Part shown: one piece after another, positions 46,725-54,754 of the stretch
Layout: each line of letters opens with the position of its first letter
Position numbering within the stretch: the first letter of the stretch is position 1
Source: Collinsella sp.
GTDB taxonomy: Bacteria > Actinomycetota > Coriobacteriia > Coriobacteriales > Coriobacteriaceae
Direction of reading: 5' to 3'
Length of the DNA: 64,000 nucleotides
Assembly: GCA_048375035.1 (NCBI GenBank)
Contig: DBGEDL010000056.1
Location: 1,298-65,297, forward strand
Position numbers and translations under genes: made by a program
Notes under the pieces: model-generated
Seen by the model: only the letters and a program-made list of their open reading frames with translations
The model's database searches: none
What the model was told of the DNA's origin: nothing

Positions 46725-47450
46725 TTAGCCGAGGCAAGTCCAGTCGACGGGGGTCGAGCCGTGCTGTTCGAGTAGCCGATTGGCAGCGGAGAAGGGGCGC
46801 GACCCCATAAAAGCGGGGAGTTCTGCTGTGGCACGGTTGGCCGAAAGCGGCGAGGGGTGCGTGGAGGCCAGGCAGAACTTGTCGGTTGCCTTGCCCGCAC
46901 CAGTTGCGTCGAGCTTACCTTCGACCATCTGCTGGGCAAAGCGGCCCCATGCCAAAAAGACTACCGGCTGGGGCAGCTGGCAGCAGCGTTCGATAACGTA
47001 GTCGGTGAGCGTGCTCCAGCCCAGTTTGGCGTGCGAGTTGGCGGCATGCTCGCGCACGGTGAGCGTAGTGTTAAGGAGTAGGACGCCCCGTTGTGCCCAT
47101 GGGGTTAGGTCTCCCGTGGCGGGAATGGGACAACCCAGATCGGCTTTGAGTTCCTTGTAAATGTTGCGCAGGCTCGGCGGCAACTTGGTTTGCGTCGCGG
47201 GGACCGAGAACGACAGCCCCATTGCCTGGTTGGGTCCGTGATAGGGGTCTTGACCCAAGATGACAACCTTGACCTGGTCGGCCGGCGTGTAGGCGAGGGC
47301 ATTGAGGATGTCGTCTTGTGCCGGGTAGATAGTCTGCTCGGCACGCAAAAGGGCGATGCGCTCGAGCAGCTGGTTCGTAGTGTCACGTACCGGCTGCGGT
47401 GCATCGCCCAACCAAGTTGCTATGTTGCGGTCGCGGGTCGCGGCGTCCAT
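46725..47450 (-). CDS. ung: Uracil-DNA glycosylase, family 1
   Basis: GQDPYHGPNQAMGLSFSV and HPSPLSA motifs. AAAGGAG RBS. Confidence 0.92.
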   Translation of the reverse strand: MDAATRDRNIATWLGDAPQPVRDTTNQLLERIALLRAEQTIYPAQDDILNALAYTPADQVKVVILGQDPYHGPNQAMGLSFSVPATQTKLPPSLRNIYKELKADLGCPIPATGDLTPWAQRGVLLLNTTLTVREHAANSHAKLGWSTLTDYVIERCCQLPQPVVFLAWGRFAQQMVEGKLDATGAGKATDKFCLASTHPSPLSANRATAELPAFMGSRPFSAANRLLEQHGSTPVDWTCLG

Positions 47451-47538
47451 GGGGCTCCTTTACGTCAGATGCTCTGTTTGCATCTATTGTAAAGGCGCAC
47501 CGGTTGCCTTTATGCCACGGCTGTATGAAGAGCGGGGT

Positions 47539-48441
47539 CTACGAGACGTGCTCGGGCGCTCCTGCCATGCGAGCCTGTCCATGTGCGCGGAGGCGCGGAA
47601 GCTCGACGGTTGCCACCATGACGCCGCTGAGGATGAGTGCGGCGCCAAAGAAGGCGATGGGGCTCAGAACCTCGCCGACCAGGAAGAACGAGAAGACGGC
47701 GGAGCAGACCGGCTCGAGCGAGAAGGCGAAGCCGGTGGTCTCGGCGGGCACGTGGGGCTGCACGAGCGTTTGGGTGATAAAGCCATAAGCAGAGCAGATG
47801 AGTGCGAGTGCGACGACGACCACGACCTCGCTGGGCGTGCTGGGAAGTGTGAAACCGCCAAAGACGCATGCGGCAATGCCCGAGAACAGGCCGCCAAAGC
47901 CCAGCTGCCAAACGCCCAGGGACAGCGGATCGACTTCTTCGACAAACCGCTTGGCGACAATGATGTGGCCGGCGTAGACAAAGGCGGAGAGCAGCATGAT
48001 GAGCGCGCCCGGGTTCAGGCTGGTGAAGTCGGCGCCCGAGAGCAGCAACATACCGCAGGTGACGATGGCGGTGCCGACGAGCACTTTGCGCTCGGGGGCG
48101 CGGCGCAGCAGGGCGGCGTTGGCAAACGGCACGATCACGACCGTCAGGCTCTGCAAAAAGCCGGCAGTGGAGGCGGAGGTGAGGCTGGAGCCCAGGCACA
48201 TGCAGGTGAGCTCGGTTGCCATGATGGCACCGATGATGGCGGCACGGACCATAAGGTCGCGGTTGATGCGAAACGCGTGCTTGTGGAAGAGCAAAAGGCA
48301 GGCTACAAAGGCGATGATGCAGCGTAGCGCGACGATGCTCGTGGCGTTCATGCTGTCCATGCCGATCTTCATGAGGGGATACGAAAAGCCCCATGCGACG
48401 GGAACGGAAAATGAGAGCGCGATTGCTTTTTTGCGATCCAT
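47539..48441 (-). CDS. DMT-superfamily (EamA-like) transporter
   Basis: Ten hydrophobic segments in two EamA-like halves. AAAAGGAG RBS. Confidence 0.85.
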   Translation of the reverse strand: MDRKKAIALSFSVPVAWGFSYPLMKIGMDSMNATSIVALRCIIAFVACLLLFHKHAFRINRDLMVRAAIIGAIMATELTCMCLGSSLTSASTAGFLQSLTVVIVPFANAALLRRAPERKVLVGTAIVTCGMLLLSGADFTSLNPGALIMLLSAFVYAGHIIVAKRFVEEVDPLSLGVWQLGFGGLFSGIAACVFGGFTLPSTPSEVVVVVALALICSAYGFITQTLVQPHVPAETTGFAFSLEPVCSAVFSFFLVGEVLSPIAFFGAALILSGVMVATVELPRLRAHGQARMAGAPEHVS

Positions 48442-48598
48442 GGGACTCCTTTTGTTACAGAACGGTTTCGTAAAAAGGATTCTGCTCCCAGATGTGGATG
48501 TAGTAAAGCGAATGTATCTTCAGTATGATTAAGAAATACTAATGTAGGCAGAAAAAGCCCTGGCAAACGTTTTACGGCTGCATTGATGTGGAGGCACG

Positions 48599-49465
48599 AT
48601 GGCATCGCGGTATCAGATTGTTTGTATGGTGGTCGACTGCGGCAGCCTTAAAGGCGCGGCGGACGAGCTGGGCTATACGCAAAGTGCGGTGAGCCAGGCC
48701 GTCAAGGCGCTCGAGCGCGAGCTGGGTACCACGCTTATCGAGCGCGGAAAGCAGGGCGTTTCGCTTACGCGCGACGGTAAACAATATCTGCCGTACCTGC
48801 GCCAGATCGTGACTGCCGAGGCCGAGCTCGAGGGCAAGCGCCAGGAGCTGCTGGGGCTTTCGTCGACCGATATTCGCATTGCGACGTTTACCAACGTGAG
48901 TCGTACCGTGTTGCCACGCGTGATCCGCGACTTTGGTGCGCTGCACCCGGGCGTACGCTTTACCCTCAAGCAGGGCGATTACACGCGCAACGCCCAATGG
49001 GTGCACGATGGCGTGGTTGATTTTTGTTTTACGGCACGTGGGTTTACCGCGGGGCTCGAGAAGCGCGTGGTCTATCATGACGAGTTGGTGGCGCTGTTGC
49101 CTGTCGCGCATCCGCTGGCGGCAAAGGAAAAGGTGACGCTCGCCGACCTGGCGTCCGAGCCGTTTGTGTTGCTGGATGAGGGCGAACAGAGCCTGGTGCT
49201 CGATGCATTCGCGGCGCATGGCCTGTCGCCGCACGTGACGAGCGAGGTCACCGACGACTACACCATCATGGCGATGGTGGAGGAGGGCCTAGGCGTGAGT
49301 ATGCTCTACCGTCGTACTGTGGAGGGCATGCGTGCCGATATTCGCGTACGTCCCATCGTGCACGCCCCCTCGCGCGACGTAGTGGCGGCCTGGCGCAGCT
49401 GGGACACCATGCCCATCGCCACGAGGCGCTTTATCGACTATATGAGCTCGCATATTGTCAATTAA
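48599..49465 (+). CDS. LysR-family transcriptional regulator
   Basis: GSLKGAADELGYTQSAVSQAVKALERELG. Divergent from the DMT gene. Confidence 0.9.
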   Translation: MASRYQIVCMVVDCGSLKGAADELGYTQSAVSQAVKALERELGTTLIERGKQGVSLTRDGKQYLPYLRQIVTAEAELEGKRQELLGLSSTDIRIATFTNVSRTVLPRVIRDFGALHPGVRFTLKQGDYTRNAQWVHDGVVDFCFTARGFTAGLEKRVVYHDELVALLPVAHPLAAKEKVTLADLASEPFVLLDEGEQSLVLDAFAAHGLSPHVTSEVTDDYTIMAMVEEGLGVSMLYRRTVEGMRADIRVRPIVHAPSRDVVAAWRSWDTMPIATRRFIDYMSSHIVN

Positions 49466-49492
49466 TGACTGGCGCGGCGTTGAGTGCGGTGT

Positions 49493-50875
49493 TTAGCGGG
49501 CTGTCGCTTTGGCTTGGGTGACACGATAGGTGCGTGCCGGGTGGCAGAGTAGCACCGCCACGACCATAAAGAACGCCGTGGTGCCCAGGCTGATGGGGTA
49601 GACCATCATGATGTTCGCAAAGGTGCGGAAGTGCGGGAACACGCAGAACACCCAATAGAAGCGGATGCCGCAGACGCAGATCATGGTGATGAGGGCGGGC
49701 GTGAGCGAGATACCAAAGCCGCGCAGGTAGCCGGACATGTTTTCGTAGAACATGCTAAAGGCGTACGCCGGGAAGATCGAACACACGCGGATATAGCCGA
49801 TCGAGACGATGTTGGGATCGCTGTTGAACAGCGACAAGATCTCGCGCCCCAGGCCGACAATAACGATGATCGTGGTGAGCGCGACGATACCGCCTTCGAC
49901 CAGGCAGACCTTGAGCGTTTTGGTGCAGCGGTCGATCTGGCGGGCACCGTGGTTTTGTCCCACAAAGGTGGTGCACGCCTGGCTAAAGCTGTTGAGCAGG
50001 TTGTAGCATACGTACTCCAAGCTCATAGCGGCGCTCGATGCCGCCATGACCTCGGTGCCCAGGCTGTTGATGGCGGACTGGATGATGATGTTGGCTACGG
50101 CAAAGACGGCGCTTTGGATGCCGGCTGGCAGGCCGATCTTGACGATGCGCTTGAGGGCGAACGGGTCGATAGCCAGGTCGCGTGGGGTGACGCGGACGAC
50201 GGAGCCGGTCTTGAGCAGGCGGATAAAGAGTGTGGCGGCGCTGACGGTGTAGGCGATGGCGGTGGCGATGGCGACGCCCGCGACACCCCAGTGGAGTACG
50301 GGGACAAAGATGAGGTCCAGGCCAATGTTGAGGACGGTGGACACGGCAAGCGCCTGCAGCGGCATGCGGGTGATGCCGACGGAGCGGAAGATCGCAGCCT
50401 CAAAGTTGTAGAGCATGATCGAGGGCATGCTCAGCAAAAAGACGCGCAGGTAGAGCGAAGCGAGCGGCATGGTTTCGGCGGGAACGTTGAGGGCGGCGAG
50501 CATGGGCTCGGCAAAGATCTCGCCCAGCGCGATGACGATAAAGCCCACGAGCGCCATTAAAATCGAGGTATGGACGGCGCGTTTGACCATGTTCTGATCG
50601 TCGCGGCCGATAGCGTTGGCGATGACCACGTTGGAGCCAAGCGACATGCCAATAAACAGGTTGAGCATAAGGCTGGTAAGCGGAACATTGGAGCCGACCG
50701 CCGCCATGGCGAGGGTTCCCTGGTCGCCCGAGAAGTTGCCGATAATGACCGTGGCGATGAGGTTCGACAGCTGCTCCAAGATGCTCGTGGCGGCCACGGG
50801 GAAGGCGAACAGGGGAATATTGCGCCACAGCGAGCCGGTGGTCATATCGATGTGCTTAGATGCGGCATCAGCCAT
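49493..50875 (-). CDS. MATE-family efflux transporter
   Basis: 12-TM protein. N-terminus DMTTGSLWRNIPLFAFPVAATSILEQL is typical of MATE. Confidence 0.9.
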   Translation of the reverse strand: MADAASKHIDMTTGSLWRNIPLFAFPVAATSILEQLSNLIATVIIGNFSGDQGTLAMAAVGSNVPLTSLMLNLFIGMSLGSNVVIANAIGRDDQNMVKRAVHTSILMALVGFIVIALGEIFAEPMLAALNVPAETMPLASLYLRVFLLSMPSIMLYNFEAAIFRSVGITRMPLQALAVSTVLNIGLDLIFVPVLHWGVAGVAIATAIAYTVSAATLFIRLLKTGSVVRVTPRDLAIDPFALKRIVKIGLPAGIQSAVFAVANIIIQSAINSLGTEVMAASSAAMSLEYVCYNLLNSFSQACTTFVGQNHGARQIDRCTKTLKVCLVEGGIVALTTIIVIVGLGREILSLFNSDPNIVSIGYIRVCSIFPAYAFSMFYENMSGYLRGFGISLTPALITMICVCGIRFYWVFCVFPHFRTFANIMMVYPISLGTTAFFMVVAVLLCHPARTYRVTQAKATAR

Positions 50876-50951
50876 ACGCTCTCAATCTCTAACATGCTAT
50901 ATCGTGCTTATTTGCGCAGACGATGATACTCCTAATGCAACCAGTCGGCAC

Positions 50952-50993
50952 TTAGGGACGTTCCTTTTCTGTCGGCAGCTGGGGACACTCCTT
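50952..50993. repeat. Family C element, inverted copy
   Basis: TTAGGGACGTTCCTTTTCTGTCGGCAGCTGGGGACACTCCTT; compare 37315-37356. Confidence 0.75.
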
Positions 50994-51004
50994 ATCTCTT
51001 CTAA

Positions 51005-51035
51005 CTAGTCATTCAAGAACGTCCCCAATGACTAG
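51005..51035. repeat. Family B element (CTAGTCATT-CAAGAACGTCCCC-AATGACTAG)
   Basis: 28/30 identical to 27141-27170. Confidence 0.8.
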
Positions 51036-51091
51036 GTGGGGAAGGCGTGCGACAATGGTGGGCGTTGTGTTGTTCGCGCTAAGGAGTTGCC

Positions 51092-51907
51092 ATGTTGTTG
51101 TGTCCCGTTTGCCATGAGCCGCTGGTGGATGACGAACGCGGTGCTGCATGCGCGGGTGGGCACCGGTTTGACCGTGCGCGCGAGGGCTATCTATATCTAT
51201 TGCGCTCGTCCAAGAGCGGCGACTCCATGGGCGATCCCAAGTCGCAGGCGCGCAGCCGTCGTGACTTTTTGAACCGTGGATACTACGCGCCGTTGCGCGA
51301 TGCGATGGTCGAGCTGGTGCGCAAGCAGGTGTCTGGGCGCGCTGCGCCTACGAACGGCCCCATGACGTTGCTCGATATTTGCTGTGGCGAGGGCTATTAC
51401 ACGAGTGCCATGGGCGCGGTGCCGGGCGTGGGCGCTTACGGGTTCGACTTGGGCAAAGAGATGGTGCGCCTGGCCGCCAAGCGCGGCGATGCGACCTATT
51501 TCGTGGCCAACATGAAGGACATCCCCGTGGCGGACGGCGCCTTCGATATGGTGACCGAGCTCTTCGCTCCCTTTAACGAGCGTGAGTTTGCCCGCGTGCT
51601 GGCGCCCGAGGGCTCACTCTATACCGTGGTGCCGGGTGCCCGTCATTTGTTTGGGCTCAAGGAGGTGCTCTACGACACGCCATATCTTAATGACGAGAAG
51701 CTGCCGCAGACCACCGAGCTCGAGTTGGTCGGAACGCAGCGGGTGTCTGCGAATATTACGCTTCAGACCCAAGCGGACATCGAGGCGGTGTTCCAGATGA
51801 CGCCGTACTACTACCGCACGCGCCCCGCCGACAAAGAGCGCCTGGCAAACCTCGATACCCTTCAGACTGACATCGACTTCATCATCGCCGAGTACCGCCA
51901 CAGCTAA
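51092..51907 (+). CDS. rlmA: 23S rRNA (guanine745-N1)-methyltransferase RlmA family
   Basis: N-terminal zinc motif CPVCHEPL..GHRFDRAREGYLYLL, then DICCGEGYYT, which is RlmA(I)-like. AAGGAG RBS. Confidence 0.85.
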   Translation: MLLCPVCHEPLVDDERGAACAGGHRFDRAREGYLYLLRSSKSGDSMGDPKSQARSRRDFLNRGYYAPLRDAMVELVRKQVSGRAAPTNGPMTLLDICCGEGYYTSAMGAVPGVGAYGFDLGKEMVRLAAKRGDATYFVANMKDIPVADGAFDMVTELFAPFNEREFARVLAPEGSLYTVVPGARHLFGLKEVLYDTPYLNDEKLPQTTELELVGTQRVSANITLQTQADIEAVFQMTPYYYRTRPADKERLANLDTLQTDIDFIIAEYRHS

Positions 51908-51964
51908 CAACCTGCCAAAAAGGGACAGGTTTATTTTGGTAGGTTTTATCTGGGCAAACGTAAA

Positions 51965-51999
51965 GGGCCGACCGCGGAGATGCGCGATCGGCCCTTTTT
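51965..51999 (+). terminator. Rho-independent terminator
   Basis: GGGCCGACCGCG-loop-CGCGATCGGCCC followed by TTTTT. Confidence 0.8.
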
Positions 52000-52035
52000 A
52001 GTTGCTTGGCTGCAGAGGTTATGAGAAGCGAGCGC

Positions 52036-52437
52036 TTATAGGCGGTCCTTGTTCTCGGCCTTAACGGCGTGTGCCTGCTGAACAAAGAACAGGTCGTACA
52101 CCACGATGACAAAGGCGCCAAAGTTGATGGCGTCGCCGCCAAACGCGGGAAGCGTGAGCACCGCTTGGGCAAGCGTGGCGACCGCGGCAACAATACCGAG
52201 CTTAAACGCGCCGTCCACCTGCGAAGGCTTGTTGGCGCCCTTGATACCGGCGACGCCTGCGGCAAGGTCGACGAGACCCTTGGCGATAAGCACGACCGCT
52301 GCGAGCGTGGCGTACGAACCGTACGTGGAATCGAGACCGCCCGTGGCGATACCGACGCCGGCGGTGACGAGGCTGGCGATACCCAAAACAAAGTAGATGA
52401 GAGCAAGGATTTTGAGAGTCTTGCGAGTGAAGCTCAT
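52036..52437 (-). CDS. Small four-TM membrane protein, unknown function
   Basis: ORF 52036..52506 trimmed to ATG 52437. Gly/Ala-rich hydrophobic helices. Confidence 0.6.
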   Translation of the reverse strand: MSFTRKTLKILALIYFVLGIASLVTAGVGIATGGLDSTYGSYATLAAVVLIAKGLVDLAAGVAGIKGANKPSQVDGAFKLGIVAAVATLAQAVLTLPAFGGDAINFGAFVIVVYDLFFVQQAHAVKAENKDRL

Positions 52438-52670
52438 GGCTGGTCCTTTCGATACGAGTACGCCAACTTGGCGCACCCAATGTGCTGCACATATGGTGAA
52501 GCACATTGTAGTTCAACGCGGCGATGCATGCGCCTGAAAGCGCTTTGAGCCCGCGCGGCCCAACCCAACCTTTCAAAAGGGAAAGCTGGACGTAAGCCAA
52601 ATCGATGGCAGCTCATGTGCGGCGCTGAGATGATGAGGCCGTAACAAGGAGTTGGTCTCAAGGAGGAGCC

Positions 52671-52814
52671 ATGATGTACGGAGCAGGGCAAGTGCGTGAG
52701 CCGCGATCGTTGGGAAGGCGCATGAGTGATTCTGTGATCGCTGCCGTGTGCACGGGATTGATGGCGGTGCTTTGCATTGGGATGCTGTGGGCCATGTCGC
52801 ATGTGGGACAATAG
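52671..52814 (+). CDS. 47-codon single-TM small protein
   Basis: Not in the ORF track. AAGGAGG lies 5 nt before ATG 52671. Translation: MMYGAGQVREPRSLGRRMSDSVIAAVCTGLMAVLCIGMLWAMSHVGQ. Confidence 0.4.
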   Translation: MMYGAGQVREPRSLGRRMSDSVIAAVCTGLMAVLCIGMLWAMSHVGQ

Positions 52815-52877
52815 CGGACGGTTGGGTGCCGGCATAAACGGCGCTCACGTATTCGTTTTGCTTGTTAAGGAGTACCC

Positions 52878-53582
52878 ATGGGCGTCGTCGATCCCTTTTC
52901 TGTTGCTCGGGCCGCGGGGCTTGAGCTGACCGGGAAGCCCGAGGGCCTCACGCTCACCGACGGCACGATGGAGCTGCGTGCCGATTTTGGCCGCATGCTT
53001 CCACGGCTCAAGCAGGGCCGTCTGCAGCAAGAACTGCTGGTAAAGGCTGCGCGCGCAAAAGGCATCGAGAGCCCATGGGCGATTGACGCCACGGCAGGCT
53101 TTGGCGAGGATTCGCTGCTGCTGGCGGCCGCGGGCTTTACCGTCGATCTGTATGAGCAGGATTGCGTGATCGCGGCGCTCCTCAAGGATGCCCTGGATCG
53201 CGCGGCAGATGATCCGGCGCTTGTGGCTGCCGTGTCGCGCATGCGCTTACATGCGGGCGAGGATAGCATTGCCGGCCTTCGCCATACAGCTGAGCTGATC
53301 GGGCAGGGCGAGCTCACCGCTCCTGACGTGGTGTATCTGGACCCCATGTTTCCCGGACGCACCAAGAGCGCGGCGGTTAAAAAGAAGTTCCAACTCTTGC
53401 ATCATCTGGAACAGCCGTGCGCCGATGAGGAGACGTTGGTCGAAGCTGCGCTTGCGGTGCACCCGCGCAAGGTCGTTATCAAGCGACCGGTGAAGGGGCC
53501 ACTGCTTGCCGGCGTTAAGCCGAGCTATCAACTTGCGGGCAAGGCCGTTCGTTACGATGTTTTGGTGCCGCCGCGCCCGTAG
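52878..53582 (+). CDS. rsmJ: 16S rRNA (guanine1516-N2)-methyltransferase RsmJ family
   Basis: DATAGFGEDSLLLAAAGF..VVYLDPMFP..KSAAVKKKFQLL matches the E. coli RsmJ blocks. TAAGGAG RBS. Confidence 0.85.
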   Translation: MGVVDPFSVARAAGLELTGKPEGLTLTDGTMELRADFGRMLPRLKQGRLQQELLVKAARAKGIESPWAIDATAGFGEDSLLLAAAGFTVDLYEQDCVIAALLKDALDRAADDPALVAAVSRMRLHAGEDSIAGLRHTAELIGQGELTAPDVVYLDPMFPGRTKSAAVKKKFQLLHHLEQPCADEETLVEAALAVHPRKVVIKRPVKGPLLAGVKPSYQLAGKAVRYDVLVPPRP

Positions 53583-53630
53583 CTTGCGTGCGATGGCTGG
53601 CGCTCCGTCAGTGCCGTGCCGATGCGGCGC

Positions 53631-53933
53631 CTATTTCCAAGGGTGCGACGTCAGGTGCCATCCACCGCAGTATTCGCATTTGTAGCAGGCCAAACCGCGC
53701 CGCCCGCGGTTTTCGCAGTCGGCCATAACGGCCTCGGCCTCGGCGCGCGTGTCGTAACGGTTTTTGCGCTCGCACGACTTGTAGCGCCAGGCCTCATCGC
53801 GCTCGGCGTCCAGGGCGTCGCGGCGCTCGTCCTCGCGTGCAAACAGGTCGCTCATATCGCCGCCGGTGGCAGTGCTCAAAAACTCGCTTTTTGCTTTTGA
53901 CCAGGCGGCTCGCTTTTTGCTCCCCATCTGCAT
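53631..53933 (-). CDS. Small C-terminal zinc-ribbon protein, unknown function
   Basis: ORF trimmed to ATG 53933 (GGAGAGGGG upstream). The C-terminus CYKCEYCGGWHLTSH follows a charged region. Confidence 0.6.
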   Translation of the reverse strand: MQMGSKKRAAWSKAKSEFLSTATGGDMSDLFAREDERRDALDAERDEAWRYKSCERKNRYDTRAEAEAVMADCENRGRRGLACYKCEYCGGWHLTSHPWK

Positions 53934-54004
53934 CGCGCCCCTCTCCAAACGTTGGTATCATTGCTCAATCAAAGTGATACCAATAAACGTGAGGTCGCCG
54001 CGTG

Positions 54005-54493
54005 ATGATCAGAAAAACCCTCGATACCGACATTCCCGCTGTCATGGCTATCTATGACGCGGCCCGCGCCTTTATGCGCGCGCATGGCAACGCCACACAG
54101 TGGCCCGAGGGCACGCCTTCTGCCGAGCAACTGGCTGCCGATATCGCCGCCGGTGGCAGCTATGTGTGCGAAGTCGATGGCCGCGTGGTGGCGACGTTTG
54201 CCTTTTTGCCGGGCCCGGACGAGTGCTATGACGTAATTGAGGATGGTCAATGGCGCAGCGACACTCCGTACGCCGTGCTGCACCGTGTGGCGTCCGATGG
54301 CACCGTGCACGGTATCGCGGCTGCGATGTTTGCCTTTGCCAAGGAGCGTGCCGATCACCTGCGCATCGACACGCATCAGGACAACCTGCCCATGCAGGGC
54401 GCGAGTATTAAGGCGGGGTTCGAGCGTGCCGGCGTCGTGTATGTGTCGGACGGCACGCCGCGTGTTGCGTTCGACTGGCTGCGTGAGGCGTAA
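54005..54493 (+). CDS. GNAT-family N-acetyltransferase
   Basis: MIRKTLDTDIPAVMAIYDAARAFM..HRVASDGTVHGIAAAMFAFA..N.PMQGASIKAGFE. Confidence 0.85.
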   Translation: MIRKTLDTDIPAVMAIYDAARAFMRAHGNATQWPEGTPSAEQLAADIAAGGSYVCEVDGRVVATFAFLPGPDECYDVIEDGQWRSDTPYAVLHRVASDGTVHGIAAAMFAFAKERADHLRIDTHQDNLPMQGASIKAGFERAGVVYVSDGTPRVAFDWLREA

Positions 54494-54754
54494 GAGTAGG
54501 GGCACGTGTCAACAATTCGCACGAACGAAAATGGTCCCGGGTGGGGCCATTTTCGTTCGCTGCGCTGATTTGCAAGCCGGCTTTCGCAAGGCGCGAACCT
54601 ACGAAAATCGCCGCGCGGCAACGCAGGGCGATGAGCTTGGTCGGGGGATAGGGCCCGCTTCGCCCGCCGGCTCGTAAATTGTATCATCCAGTGTGGAACG
54701 AGGACGCCCGTTGCCGCGTGCGATGGGCTTGTAGCTTGTAATAAGAGGAGAGCC

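Noticed and set aside
48452-48466. Partial matches to the array motif: TGTTACAGAACGG at 48452 and GTTACAGATCG at 40957-40967.
   Set aside because: At 11-12 of 15 matches, roughly 0.1 to 15 chance occurrences are expected in this window. They are noted but not counted as copies.
54494-54754. Tet(M)-style leader-peptide attenuator upstream of the TetM-like GTPase.
   Set aside because: The only clear structure (54520-54560) is the terminator hairpin of the upstream GNAT gene. No short RBS-preceded leader ORF with alternative hairpins was seen.
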